From Eledone cirrhosa (lineage: Eukaryota): a DNA stretch of 64,000 nt. The position numbers were made by a program, and so were the translations under genes. The notes under the pieces are model-generated. The model searched no databases. It was not told where the DNA came from and saw nothing but the letters and a program-made list of their open reading frames with translations. How positions within the stretch are numbered: position 1 is the first letter of the stretch; each line of letters starts with the position of its first letter. The stretch is taken from NCBI GenBank assembly GCA_964016885.1, contig OZ024749.1, positions 5,270,001 to 5,334,000 on the forward strand. Reading direction: 5' to 3'. Positions 17,706 through 31,406 of the stretch are shown here, piece by piece.

Positions 17706-18078
17706 AGAGGGCAATCCCAAAAGTAAGGTCTCCAAAGCGATGGGGACACAGAGAAACTGTTCGTAGGGCTGTTGGCAACACTGTTGTGATTGGTGCTTCC
17801 TTCACTCCCAAACAAGCATGCGCTTGCTTGCTGGGATGCTCAATCTTGGCTTGGCAGCCGTTGAGAATGGAGCACCCGTTGAACGCTACCGCCAAGTGCG
17901 AATAGAGGGCAAGCCCAAAAGTAAGGTCTCCTTCCGAGGAAAACATGCGTAAAGATCGGCGGATCACTCTGGATGCTGTCTGCATTTTGGTTCCTGAGGT
18001 TTCCCGAAGCACCATCCACAGGATTTTAACGGAAAAGTTGCAATATCGGAAGGAGACCTTACTTTTGGGATTGCCCTC

Positions 18079-18079
<1 letters not shown>
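17706..18079 (+). mobile_element. Internally deleted mariner-type (Tc1/mariner) element in (TA)n
   Basis: TIRs gagggcaatcccaaaagtaaggtctcc / ggagaccttacttttgggattgccctc flanked by TA. Remnant peptides MEHPLNATAKCE and RKDRRITLDAVCILVPEVSRSTIHRILTEKLQYRK (mariner HTH-like). Confidence 0.85.
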
Positions 18080-18120
<41 letters not shown>

Positions 18121-18122
<2 letters not shown>

Positions 18123-18534
18123 GGAGTAACAAATTATTGTTATATGTAGTCCACTTAGGTGTAGTCCAGTTATGGTACTCCGGGTAGTGGATGATATCAA
18201 CGCTTGGCTAAGTTTGACTCAACAAGGCGTTTCCATAGTGATGCTGCGAGTACGTTGTAATTCCTATGTTGTAAACACTTGGAGTAATGATAAATCAGGA
18301 AAGAAGAGTGACACGGTTTGCTATACAAAAAAGGTTTTTAATCTCATTGCTGACAGTTGTTTCTCGCAAGCTCCGATGAACTGACTGGTTATAACTTTGT
18401 ATTGGCGATCGAGTAACGTGAAAATGAGCGGATAGCGATCTCTAGACCTACCAGTTTAGAGAAACAATTGTCAGCAATGAGATTAAAAACCTTTTTGGTA
18501 TAGCAAACCGTGTCACTCTTCTTTCCTGATTTAT
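18121..18534. repeat. Module with inverted arms 18291-18365/18458-18533; relative at 54477-54640
   Basis: Visible inverted repeat; arm begins GAAACAATTGTC (3' half of an HHR). Confidence 0.8.
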
Positions 18535-18744
18535 TATATATATATATATATATAAGCAAAAGGGATATTTAATTTGTTGGTAATTCAACAAATGTAAATG
18601 TTTATAACTTATTCAAAACACTCGAAAGGTTTTCTGTAGTATAATATTCAATGATATTAAATAAATGGAAACTATCCAGGAAAAAACTCGAACCATTAAG
18701 ATCTTCTTCCTGGTTATGTCAATATTTATAAAACAAACTTTGTA

Positions 18745-18788
18745 TTTCATCTGATGAGAGCGTACCCTTGAAATATATATAATAGAAT
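18745..18788 (+). ncRNA. Hammerhead-like motif; relative at ~53920-53975 (-)
   Basis: CTGATGA gag cgtacc ctt GAAA tatata..; imperfect stem I. Confidence 0.45.
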
Positions 18789-18828
18789 AAATATGGTTTT
18801 ATAAATATAGTTTCCATTTATTTAATAT

Positions 18829-18859
<31 letters not shown>

Positions 18860-18863
<4 letters not shown>

Positions 18864-19070
18864 TGAGATTCTACAGGACTAGAACTGTTTCATTCATTAG
18901 AAATCATCAGGAATCTTGATGATTTCTAATGATTTCTAATTTCTGATGATTTCTAATGAATGAAACAGTTCTAGTCCTGTTGAATCTCATCTATATTAAA
19001 ACTTTTATACTCTGCTATGTATTGAGTACCTTACTTACTGTGGTTACCTCCGATTCAACCCGGAATAAGG
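18860..19070. repeat. Fold-back HHR module between (TA)n tracts
   Basis: Inverted repeat 18860-18994 plus tail. Confidence 0.85.
18867..18915 (-). ncRNA. Type I hammerhead ribozyme; mirror copy at ~18940-18986 (+)
   Basis: Minus strand reads gattc CTGATGA t ttc taat gaa t GAAA cag ttctagtc ctg TA gaatc. Confidence 0.72.
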
Positions 19071-19104
<34 letters not shown>

Positions 19105-19306
19105 AGTGTGTGTATGTATGTTTGACATTTTAGATCTTTGGCTGGGCTAAAAAGCGACAATCGATAGCAGCAGCGTTAATTTGTATTGTGTGTGTGTGTG
19201 TATATGTATGTAGATATGTATATGTGTGTGTGTGTATGTATATATAGATAAGTATGCGTGTGTGTCTATATGTGTGTATATATATTTTCTTCTATTATTA
19301 TTATAG

Positions 19307-19425
19307 TCTGAGTTCAAATCCCGCCGAGGTTAACTTTGCCTTTCATCCTTACGGGGTCGATAAAATAAAGTACCAGTAATAAAGTGGTATAATTGCTGGC
19401 CTTGTACCAAGAGTAGAAACAATTA
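19307..19425 (+). mobile_element. SINE family 1, 3' half
   Basis: B-box, core and tail. Confidence 0.82.
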
Positions 19426-19492
19426 TTATTATTGTTATTATGTTTTTTTTTCGTGCAATTACTCGATAACGAGGGGGAAGCCATCATGTATG

Positions 19493-19572
<80 letters not shown>

Positions 19573-19579
19573 GTGTTGT

Positions 19580-19893
19580 GATGCTTGGCTTTGTGGTTAG
19601 AGTATTCGTCTCACAATCGTAAGCTGGGGAGTTCGATTCGGGAGTTCGATTTTGTGTCCTTGAGCAAGACACTTTATTTCACTCCAGTCCACTCAGCTAG
19701 GAAAAATGAGTTATACCTGTAATTCAAAGGGCCAGGCTTGTCAGATTCTGTTCCGGTGAATCTCCCTGAGAACTACGTTATGAGTACGAGTGTCTGTGGA
19801 ATGCTCAGCCACTTGCACGTCAATTTAATGATCAAGCTTTTCCTTTGATCGCATCAACAGGAACTCTCATCGTCGTGACCCCTGGAGGGCCCA
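19580..19893 (+). mobile_element. tRNA-derived SINE, family 2
   Basis: tggctttgtggttaga A-box, ggagttcgatt B-box, gtgtccttgagcaagacactt core. Related head at ~26450-26570; related tail at 28843-28962 (-). Confidence 0.75.
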
Positions 19894-19964
19894 GTATATA
19901 GTAGCATGTGTGGCTGGGTGTCTATATAATTGTCTGTGCATGTGTGTTCATGTATAAATATATA

Positions 19965-20383
19965 TAAACGGAAAAAATGAAACGAAATTTCATTTCCCAC
20001 TCTTAGTACGGCTGTTACTTAAATATAAATATGTATACGTACATAGATATATGTATACATATGTACAGTAGTATGTATATATATATACATACATGCACAC
20101 ATATATATATGTACGTATGGATTCACCAAGAAGGTATACGTTACTGACGATAGCTAACAAGCTTGAAACTAGTACAGTGTTCCTTTGTCAGTGTTGAACG
20201 AACGAGCAACGGTGGTTGCTAGACACTACGGCTTAACACGGGATGTTTGTTTACAAACACACCGAGCATTATAATAAATGTTTGGTGAATACATACGTAC
20301 ATATATATATGTGTGCATGTATGTATATATATATATACATGCTACTGTACGTCTGTATACATATATGTATGTACGTATACATA

Positions 20384-20390
<7 letters not shown>
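19965..20390. repeat. Fold-back module of the same family as 39510-39925
   Basis: Arms ~20035-20130 and 20280-20385; shared HHR and tail. Confidence 0.75.
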
Positions 20391-20451
<61 letters not shown>

Positions 20452-20524
20452 GTATGGTTGCTATGATGCGACCATAGGCGGTATGCCGGTTGAGCACTCT
20501 ATGCTCCTACGGAGCAGAGCATGA

Positions 20525-20843
20525 TAAAATGGAAAACGAAGAATCAGTTATGCATCGGAACTCAATCTATTACTTATTACCATTGTTTCTCCGGCTAAGA
20601 GCTCGAGGTGCGATCTGTATGTCGATCAAACCTGACTCTGGATTCGCAACTTCCTCAGATACATCTAGCGTTTTCGAAGCAAATTCTCTATCTGCTTGGA
20701 AATCACTAGACGTATCTGAGAAAGTTGCGAATCCAGAGTCAGGTTCGATCTACATACAGATCGCACATCGAGCTCTTAGCCGGAGAAACAATGGTAATAA
20801 GTAATAGACTTCCGATGCATAACTGCATCTTTGTTTGCCATTT

Positions 20844-20845
<2 letters not shown>
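20525..20845. repeat. Fold-back inverted repeat (~155-bp arms)
   Basis: Arms meet at ~20685; right arm contains GAAACAATGGTA. Confidence 0.88.
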
Positions 20846-20874
<29 letters not shown>

Positions 20875-21044
20875 ATATATATATATATGTGTGTGTGTAT
20901 ATATGTATGTGTGTGTGTGTGTATATATACGTGGTGTGTGTACTTGTATGTAAATAGAGTGAAAGAGATTTAAAATCCTGACCGTAGCGTCAAGTATTGG
21001 ATACTCCCATGAGTGTGCTCACCCTGGCCTCACCACCACGGACA

Positions 21045-21092
<48 letters not shown>

Positions 21093-21115
21093 CTATGTGT
21101 GCATGTTTGTGTGTG

Positions 21116-21153
<38 letters not shown>

Positions 21154-21190
21154 CATACATACATGTATGTGAGTGTGCATGTTTGTGTAT

Positions 21191-21229
<39 letters not shown>

Positions 21230-21558
21230 CACACAAACATACACACACACATGCACACATCGACGAACGAATAACTATCCTAAATTGATTACGCAATAGT
21301 GATTGCCTAAACATGAGAAGTGGAATTTTCACACGATGTCCACACGTCACCAAACATCTATTGCATAACTACAAGGCTCCGGACTGATTCTTTGTAATTT
21401 TATTTTTTATTTTATTTTCAACCTAAAAACTTTCCGGACTTTCGCAGTTATCTCCCTTACACTTCCCGCATGCAGTCTACTATTGCCTGTGTGAAGTGAC
21501 CGAGTTTCTGCGCATGCGCGTTCGTACAACCGCGCATTTTCCTATAACCATACACATC

Positions 21559-21598
21559 CCGAGCTGAAGATCCGCGAAGGTGAAACAATTGTTCTCGG
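21559..21598 (+). ncRNA. Type I hammerhead ribozyme (minimal, palindromic stem III)
   Basis: ccgag CTGAAGA t cc gcgaa gg t GAAA caattg TT ctcgg; stem I ccgag/ctcgg; ACAATTGT palindrome; (TA)n ~30 nt downstream. Confidence 0.8.
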
Positions 21599-21627
21599 TA
21601 TGGTGAACTAACTGTTGTGTAACCACT

Positions 21628-21668
<41 letters not shown>

Positions 21669-22161
21669 ATATATATATATAAACAGTGATATAACTATTA
21701 ATAAATTTAAAATTAGAAAGTGAAAACCATAAGTACACCTAGTCTAAGTACGGGTGTACATGTTTTGGTACAGGATGCAGCTAGATGAGAATTGGATTCT
21801 CCTTGATTAACAGGTCTGATGAGTAGATCGGGCTGGTCACGTGTCTATAGCATTAGCATGGATCCTGAGCCACACATTTGTGATACGTTCCTAACTGTGT
21901 ATAATCAATAAAGACCTTAATGTGAAACGTGGTTTTGTTTTTAATATATTTATATAAGACCTTCTCCCTGCTATATCAAGCGTAAAACTAATATATCCCT
22001 ACTATATACTGTACCTATTGTGTTATTATTTCTCGTTACCTTTTACATACATTGCTCTACGGTTCTTATATATTTGATATATATTTATCCTTATCTAGCC
22101 CTCTTTGGATTTTAGTCTTCAAATGTATTATTATTACTATATATATATATATACATATATA

Positions 22162-22206
<45 letters not shown>

Positions 22207-22364
22207 CAATGATATTAATAAATGGAAACTATATTTATAAAACCATATTTATTCTATTACATATATTTGAATTGATATTATACTCCAGAAAACGTGTCGA
22301 GTGCTTCGAATCAGTTATAAATATATATATTTTCAGTATTACCACCAAATTAAATATCCCTTTG

Positions 22365-22706
<342 letters not shown>

Positions 22707-23266
22707 TGAGAAAGAGTTCTAAAATTCTGGGAGGTTATATCCGTACTATGTAGAGTACTCAGTCCATATGCCTAGATCGATATAAAGTTAGTCTCACCAC
22801 AAATTAGTAAACCAGACTCGAGGACGCGCGTTCCCTCCATCGAATTCTCAGCTCGGTTCCCTTTTCAGCACAGCCTCACTCGGCTTGGGGGTCCATTGGG
22901 TGAAACGGTTGACCTCGAGTATGGTTCGCTAATTTTTAGTCGAAATAACTATATATATTGTTATACTTTGGTATGGCCATGCTGCCAATAAATAACACGT
23001 ACCTATTGATTTTCGCTTCAATATATTATAAGTTTCCGGTTGGCTGGTTGGTTGATTCGATAATCGGAAGATTGTTTATATATTGTCAAAGCTCTTTTGT
23101 CACACATTCTCTGATCTGCTGAGTGACAAGGTTTTTATTTTGTGTCTCTCCTTTGTTCTGTCCTACACCATAACAATAGCTGTTTCAACACACGTTTTTA
23201 GATGAGAAATCTTGCAAAACAAATTAAAAAACGATTTAGCTATACATAGATATATACATACATACA

Positions 23267-23724
23267 TGGTGGTGGCTGCCAACTCGTTTTCGAGTACAGC
23301 CACTACTTTATATCCATGTAGGAGAACCCCTACCGATGCGCTGAACGAGTGTGACTTTGTAGTCCAGCCAGCGACTTGAAAACTCTGGTACAAACACTAC
23401 ACTTGTGACAATTATTGACACATAGTGCTGGGCCCATGGTACCATGTGACGACAAGTGCAGAGAGATCTCCAGATATAAAGCAATGCCTGTGCCGTGAAG
23501 CCTTTATAGTGAGCAAAGGCACTGCACAAAGCCAGTCCCACTCTCTTAACCAAGATGATATTTACCAAAAAGAAGAACAAGTCAACATCATTGGATACCA
23601 TCAGGGTTGCAGGTGTTATATCAGAGTTTTCCTTCTCCTAGAATTCTGCCTTGACAAAGGCTAAGGCGTCATCTGTCCCGGTGATTTTGGTAGACCATTG
23701 ACTCTTAAGAGCTCCTTTGCCCTT
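23267..23724 (-). mobile_element. Non-autonomous RTE-like derivative
   Basis: Copy of 7801-8247 with a (CAC)n tail. Confidence 0.65.
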
Positions 23725-24094
23725 ATACATACTAACATACAAATGTAAATATTACCGAAGGCCGTATGAAGTTGTGCATAAATTTATTCCTCTACTGTCC
23801 ATATTTGGCTGGGGTCGAGGATTATGTGGGGGTGATTTCTGAGTATCCGATGGTCCGATATCAGCAGATAGCAATAGAAGTTAAAACAAGCCACCTCTAA
23901 CTTTGTCAATAAGAAGGGCCGGCATATTGTCTATTACCATTAAGCTAGTCGGCCCCCGTATATAATATATATGTGTGTGTGTCTGTGTGGTGTCAGTGTA
24001 TGTGTGTGTGTGAGGATGCAGGTTATGTTCTCCTTTCTGAGTTTCTACATAAAGCAGTTGAGTTTCACTTCGTTTTATTAATATTTAGCTAACT

Positions 24095-24586
24095 AGGGCG
24101 ATGGATTGGCAATATCGGTAGAGAGTCGGATACCATGCTTTGCAGCGTATAGTTACGACCCTTTACGGTCTGAGTTCAAATCCTGCCAAGGTTAACTTTG
24201 ACTTTTATCCTTAAGAGGCCGATAAAATAAAGCACTTGCAGAGGTATCATTGAAAGATATTTAAGTAAAATCTAACAGAAGAGTTTTACTTCTTCTTCTT
24301 GCTGGTGCTGAGATCGATTAATGAAGTATCAATCAATAACTGGAGTTGATTTAGTGGACTTTTCTTTTCGTCAAATTTTCAGCGTTGCGTTTAAATTAGA
24401 AATCATTGTTATGCTTTGCAGCATCGAGTTACGGCCCTTTATGTTCTGAGTTCAAGCCCCGCTGAGACTAACTTTGCTTTTCATCCTTACGTGATCAATA
24501 AAATAAAGCACCAGCAACGTACTGGGGTCGATTTAATCGACTTTCCGCTCCTACCAAATTGCTGGCCTTGTGCCAATACTAGAAAT
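24095..24586 (+). mobile_element. SINE family 1 head + spacer + second SINE body
   Basis: Homology; 24235-24586 is the inverted copy of 14905-15260. Confidence 0.8.
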
Positions 24587-24959
24587 GTGTACTGCCACTC
24601 TAAATTCTGTAATGAATGTTGACCCACAATGTTTGAATATGTATCAATGTTTGAATATGTATTGATATGTCTCTCGGCTGAAAAGGAGGTCATATAACTG
24701 TCCATGCATTAATAAATTGCTCCGAAGAATCCAAACCTCGGTTTGGAGGAAACAGCTGTAAGCACAATAATGTTTTGAACAGTTCTTTGATTCTTATGTT
24801 TCATATAACTGCTCTGTAAATCATCTGATGTTTTTACATTGAGCTACTTAACTTACTGGTAATAATACATTACTGCCTACCACTATTTAGGGTGTGTGTA
24901 AAATACTTACAACTGCTTAAGGTTTTGTATTTACATAACCATAAATAGTATAACTAATG

Positions 24960-25027
<68 letters not shown>

Positions 25028-25606
25028 TTGTGTCTGCATATATTAACTATACTTGTATGTGTGTGAGTTCTCCTGGCTACAAAAAAGCATACATTCATAA
25101 AAGATATATCTTGCCATTATATATTTCCTACTCTTGTTGAATGTTCTCCTATTGACTAAAGCTATAAGTTATTTCCTCTTTATATTTGGTTTCAATAATA
25201 TTTTAATATTTCTTTCATATTTTAATATTAACGTCAAAGGGGAATTGAAAAACTGTACTCGTAATTTCTTCACTGGGAATCCGAACAAAATTCAGCAAGA
25301 TGTTTTAAGTGTAAATGAGATATTACGAACACGTAATATTTTGTCTTTTTTATGTTTTCTTTTTTCTGTTTTCTTGTCGTCCATTTTTTCGAGTTCGATT
25401 CGATACAATTAATCAGTATTGTTTCATCGATGAGAAATCCTAGATTATATCAATCAGGTAAAATTATAACAATTATAACAACGATAATTTAAGAAAACAA
25501 AACAAACGAAATATTTCCTTTATAATTCCATTGTTGAAACTCAAACATAGATTTATTCGTGAGGTTTAAAGTCTTTGAATTTCTTGTCATTTTATTGCAA
25601 ATATAT

Positions 25607-26380
25607 TAGAATTGCAAAAAAGTTGAAGTAATGTTCTACAGTTCATGTAGTAAATTCTCCTCAACTTATATATATTTTTTTTTCTTCTGAATTCAAATCC
25701 AATTCTGCTTTTATTAAATATAGTCACTCCTAACACAGCAACGATAATATCCCGAGTTCAAACTTAGTACGTGGTGGTGTCTTCCATATTATTTGCCATA
25801 CTATTTGAGTGAAATTTCTTTGCAGTTACATTATCGTCTATAGAAACATTATCCTAAGTATATATGTTACCATATGAAGACATAGAATTGCAGAAAAAGC
25901 TGCAGTCATTTTCTGCAGTTCATGTAGTAATTTCTAGTCACCTTATATATATTTGTTCATTCAATTGAATCCATTTCTGCTGGTATCCTATACAGGCACT
26001 GCTAACTCAGCAATAATAATTGTTCCTAATTTAGGTGCAAGGTCAGCAATTTGAAAAGGAGAGGAAAGTCGATTAAATCGGCCCACTGCTTTATTTTATC
26101 GACCCCGTAAGGATGAAAGGCAAAGCTAACCTCGGCGGAATTTGAAATCAGAACGTAAAGGGCCGTAATACTATGCCACGAAGCATTTGGTCCGATGCTC
26201 TACTGATTCTGCCAATCTACCACCCTAAGCAATGATAATATCCCGAGTTCAATCTTAGTACGTGGTGGTGTCTTCCCATTACTTTTGCCATACCTTTTGA
26301 GTAAAATTTGTTTGCCTGCCGTTACATTATCGTCTATAGAAAGATTATCCTATGTAGATATGTTACCATATAAAGATATC
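25607..26380 (+). repeat. Diverged ~276-bp tandem duplication; second copy interrupted by a SINE
   Basis: agaattgca..cccgagttcaa..gtacgtggtggtgtcttcc..gttaccatat occurs twice. Confidence 0.8.
26018..26227 (-). mobile_element. SINE family 1 with TSD, inserted in a tandem duplication
   Basis: agcaat(a/g)ataat on both sides. Confidence 0.87.
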
Positions 26381-27082
26381 TTATATTCTCTATTTCATCG
26401 TTTATAGGTTCCTTACCACCTGTTTGTATTATATTAGCTGTATATAGTGAAGGCTCATGCCTTACTCGTTTGAGCGTCGGGCTTACAATATTGGGGTTGT
26501 GAGTTCGATTATTGAACTGGGATTTGCGTTGTGCTCTGGGAGACCCAGGGGTAGACCCTGAGCAAGATGGTTGGATAGCATCCACGAGCTTGGCTGGTCA
26601 CGCTCGGGGATTCGGCCGGATCAGTTGGAGTCGATTACTTCTGACAGGACCCGCTCAGGAATAAGTGGGACGATGAGGGGGGGGGGGTGAAGGGGGATGA
26701 GGAGAATGAGGCTGAGGATGAGGAGGAGACGAAGGGTGAGGAGGAGGAGGTGGAGGTTGCACCATATCAGAGAATGGCAAGTCAACAAAGTGACATACAA
26801 GAACTGGGATAAAGATGATATTTTTGAACATACTAGAGATCTGGAAGAACTGCAACTTGAGCTGCAAATCTAAACTGAAGCTTATGAAATTAATAGTGAT
26901 ATCAGTGCTACTATATAGAAATGGAAGTTGGGCATACAATGAGGAAATGAACTGAACAAGAGGCTCAAGACGTTAGAGATGAAATGTTATCGATATTTGC
27001 TCGAGGTGAAATGGTGGGACAAACTAACTAACGAATGCGTTCCGAAAGAAAGAAAGAAAATAAGGGTGCAGCACAGAAATAT

Positions 27083-27273
27083 AATTGTTTCTACTTTTGG
27101 CACAAGGCCAGCAATAATCCCAGTGAATTACTTGCACTTTATTTTCCTGATCTCGTAAGGATGAAAGGCTGAAATCCCTCGGCGGGATTTGAACTCAGAC
27201 CATAGAGGGCCGTAACTCTTTGCTGCAAAGCATGGCGTCCGACCTTCTACCGATACTGCCAATCCACCGCCCT
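27083..27273 (-). mobile_element. SINE family 1 with 19-bp TSD
   Basis: tgcagcacagaaatataat at 27067-27085 and 27274-27292. Confidence 0.92.
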
Positions 27274-27550
27274 TGCAGCACAGAAATATAATGATGACAA
27301 ATGACTGCAAACTGTAGTGTTTTGGACATGTTTAGAGATTGGCAAGCACGGAAATACATGGATGTGTGTATGCAGCATTGGAAGCGGGTGGCCAAGAAAG
27401 TTCTGCATGTCTGGCCTCTGCTCCTGAAACGACAGGAATCCTTGGGAGGCGATCACAATGATGGAGGCCAGGATCGTTGTAGGAATTTGCAGAAGGCATC
27501 TACATATCCTTGGTGGTGGTGGTGATGGTAGCGGGGGTATATGATGATAA

Positions 27551-27653
27551 ATGGGTTCGATTCTTCATCTATATTTCCTTCATAATTATTTTCCTTCCGA
27601 AATTCTGGAAGGAAAATAATTATGAAGGAAATATAGATGAAGAATCGAACCCA
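27551..27653. repeat. Inverted repeat (~48-bp arms)
   Basis: atgggttcgattcttcatc...gatgaagaatcgaacccat. Confidence 0.88.
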
Positions 27654-28965
27654 TAACTGGATTAGAATTATATTTATCGGCCTTGAATTGACGAAAGGCA
27701 ATAACCACCTTGATGTTGAATGCCAGCTTTAACTGGGTTTTTAAACACGCGATAATTCATTTTATTTATTATTTATTATTAGTTTGTTGTTATTTGATAG
27801 CATTCTATAGAGCTGACAGTAGCCCTTTCATTATTTTCATAGAGCGGCTCAGCTTTTCATTGTCGGTCATTGAGATATCTACAACCAGATCTTTCAATCT
27901 TGTCTTTTAGTTCAAAGCTTCTGAACCATTCATGGCGTCCATTTTGAATCACATCTCAGTCAGTTTTTGTTAGTTACACTCCTCCAATAGGTTCTACTTT
28001 CCATTTTTCTTACTCATGTTCTGCTGGATTTCTTTGGCTTCTTTAGTTTCACTAAAAGAAAAAGTCTGTTCCTTTACTGTTTATCGTGAATGATCTCAGA
28101 TTCTATTTTCTGCTAGACAATACTTATATTCATCTATTCTCAGTGTATATAAACTCTATTTTGTATCGTATCACTTATTTATATATAGCGAGAGAAAATA
28201 ACTTTTATTCCATATTACCTTGTGATAATCAATGTATATCTTCTCTTCGAAGTATTTTATAGGTACACAATAGTTACTTTACGATATCTTTTTTTTTTCT
28301 ATTTGTACCAGAACCATTTCCAATTATATTCAAGTCAGAGCTCTCCTATTTACATAACTTTTCAAATAGTGAAATGGTGAAATTGTAAGCTCGGAATTCA
28401 GCCAATAGTTTCTTGCAATCCCATTTAATCTTTTACGTTCTTTTAATTTTCTCTTTATTAGTTGAGGCTCTTGTTTATGACTGATCTAGGCAAGCTAGTT
28501 TATTTATGACTGAATCAGCCAGTGTATATATATATATATTTTTTTTTTTTTAGTTTAGATTATATTCCTTGTCCGAATCTTACGTAATATTGTACATTTT
28601 CTTAACTTATCTTTTTTTATATCTTTGCATAACTTCATGTGATCGCTTTCGTAAATACTATTTCGACGAATGTTCCATTTCCATATTTCCATTTTCTGTG
28701 TATATATCTTACTTCATACTTGAATATTTTATTAATATATTTTTTTCTTGGAGGGATTAAGCACATTTCGCTAATCCTTTACTGATTTTGACATGTGTTC
28801 CTGAATCCATTGCATTTTTAGTAACATGTAAAAGATAAACCAGCCTCCGTCGATTTCAACGATAAGTGTTCCGGTTGTTTGACCAACAGCTCGGCTTATT
28901 CTTTAACTGACTGTCTAAGTGGGTGAGTCTTCTACAGACTTGTGTTCGGTTCACACAATTCTTAT

Positions 28966-31120
28966 GTAACTTTACGGGTACAACATGTCACGTATTATGT
29001 AACTTTGAATTACGGGTAAATCATGTCACGTATTATGTAACTTTGAATTACGGCTACAGCCTCTCACGTATTGTGTAACTTTGAATTACGGGTACACCCT
29101 GTCATGTATTATGTAACTTTGAATTACGGCTACAGCCTCTCACGTATTGTGTAACTTTGAATTACGGGTACACCCTGTCACGTATTATGTAACTTTGAAT
29201 TACGGGTACACCCTGTCACGTATTATGTAACTTTGAATTACGGCTACAGCCTCTCACGTATTGTGTAACTTTGAATTACGGGTACACCCTGTCACGTATT
29301 GTGTAACTTTGAATTACGGCTACAGCCTCTCACGTATTGTGTAACTTTGAATTACGGGTACACCCTGTCACGTATTGTGTAACTTTGAATTACGGCTACA
29401 CCCTGTCACGTATTATGTAACTTTGAATTACGGCTACAGCCTCTCACGTATTGTGTAACTTTGAATTACGGGTACACCCTGTCACGTATTATGTAACTTT
29501 GAATTACGGCTACAGCCTCTCACGTATTATGTAACTTTGAATTACGGGTACAGCCTCTCACGTATTGTGTAACTTTGAATTACGGGTACACCCTGTCACG
29601 TATTGTGTAACTTTGAATTACGGGTACAGCCTCTCACGTATTGTGTAACTTTGAATTACGGGTACACCCTGTCACGTATTATGTAACTTTGAATTACGGC
29701 TACAGCCTCTCACGTATTGTGTAACTTTGAATTACGGGTACACCCTGTCACGTATTGTGTAACTTTGAATTACGGGTACAGCCTCTCACGTATTGTGTAA
29801 CTTTGAATTACGGGTACACCCTGTCACGTATTATGTAACTTTGAATTACGGCTACAGCCTCTCACGTATTGTGTAACTTTGAATTACGGCTACAGCCTCT
29901 CACGTATTGTGTAACTTTGAATTACGGGTACAGCCTCTCACGTATTGTGTAACTTTGAATTACGGGTACAGCCTCTCACGTATTGTGTAACTTTGAATTA
30001 CGGCTACAGCCTCTCACGTATTGTGTAACTTTGAATTACGGCTACAGCCTCTCACGTATTGTGTAACTTTGAATTACGGGTACAGCCTCTCACGTATTGT
30101 GTAACTTTGAATTACGGGTACACCCTGTCACGTATTGTGTAACTTTGAATTACGGCTACAGCCTCTCACGTATTGTGTAACTTTGAATTACGGCTACAGC
30201 CTGTCACGTATTGTGTAACTTTGAATTACGGGTACAGCCTCTCACGTATTGTGTAACTTTGAATTACGGGTACACCCTGTCACGTATTGTGTAACTTTGA
30301 ATTACGGGTACAGCCTCTCACGTATTGTGTAACTTTGAATTACGGGTACACCCTGTCACGTATTATGTAACTTTGAATTACGGCTACAGCCTCTCACGTA
30401 TTGTGTAACTTTGAATTACGGGTACACCCTGTCACGTATTATCTAACTTTGAATTACGGGTACACCCTGTCACGTATTGTGTAACTTTGAATTACGGGTA
30501 CAGCCTCTCACGTATTGTGTAACTTTGAATTACGGCTACAGCCTGTCACGTATTGTGTAACTTTGAATTACGGGTACAGCCTCTCACGTATTGTGTAACT
30601 TTGAATTACGGGTACACCCTGTCACGTATTGTGTAACTTTGAATTACGGGTACAGCCTCTCACGTATTGTGTAACTTTGAATTACGGGTACACCCTGTCA
30701 CGTATTGTGTAACTTTGAATTACGGCTACAGCCTGTCACGTATTGTGTAACTTTGAATTACGGGTACACCCTGTCACGTATTGTGTAACTTTGAATTACG
30801 GCTACAGCCTCTCACGTATTGTGTAACTTTGAATTACGGGTACACCCTGTCACGTATTGTGTAACTTTGAATTACGGGTACACCCTGTCACGTATTGTGT
30901 AACTTTGAATTACGGCTACAGCCTCTCACGTATTGTGTAACTTTGAATTACGGGTAAATCCTGTCACGTATTGTGTAACTTTGAATTACAGGTACACCCT
31001 GTCACGTATTGTGTAACTTTGAATTACGGGTAAATCCTGTCACGTATTGTGTAACTTTGAATTACAGGTACACCCTGTCACGTATTGTGTAACTTTGAAT
31101 TACAGGTACACCCTGTCACG
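28966..31120 (+). repeat. 38-bp minisatellite, roughly 56 units
   Basis: Unit tattgtgtaactttgaattacgg(g/c)taca(c/g)cct(g/c)tcacg, head-to-tail with no spacers. Confidence 0.97.
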
Positions 31121-31123
31121 TCA

Positions 31124-31345
31124 AAGGGCGGTGGATTGGCTTTAATGGTAGAGCACCAGACACCATGCTTTGTAGCATAGAGATACGGCCTTCACGTTCT
31201 GAGTTCTAATACCAACGAGGTTAGCTTTGCCTTTCATCCTTACGGGGTCGATAAAATAAAACATCAGTCCCGCACTGGGGTCGATTTAATCGGCTTTCCA
31301 CTGCCGTGAAATCGCTGGCCGTGTACCTAAAGTAGAAACAATTAT
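31124..31345 (+). mobile_element. SINE family 1 abutting the minisatellite
   Basis: Full head, core and tail. Confidence 0.87.
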
Positions 31346-31357
31346 TCGTATTATTGT

Positions 31358-31406
<49 letters not shown>

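Noticed and set aside
21810-21935. CTGATGAG followed distantly by GAAACG
   Set aside because: Could not form convincing stems II and III by eye.
28966-31120. CRISPR-like periodic array
   Set aside because: Units are contiguous with no unique spacers, there are no cas genes, and the context is eukaryotic; it is a minisatellite.
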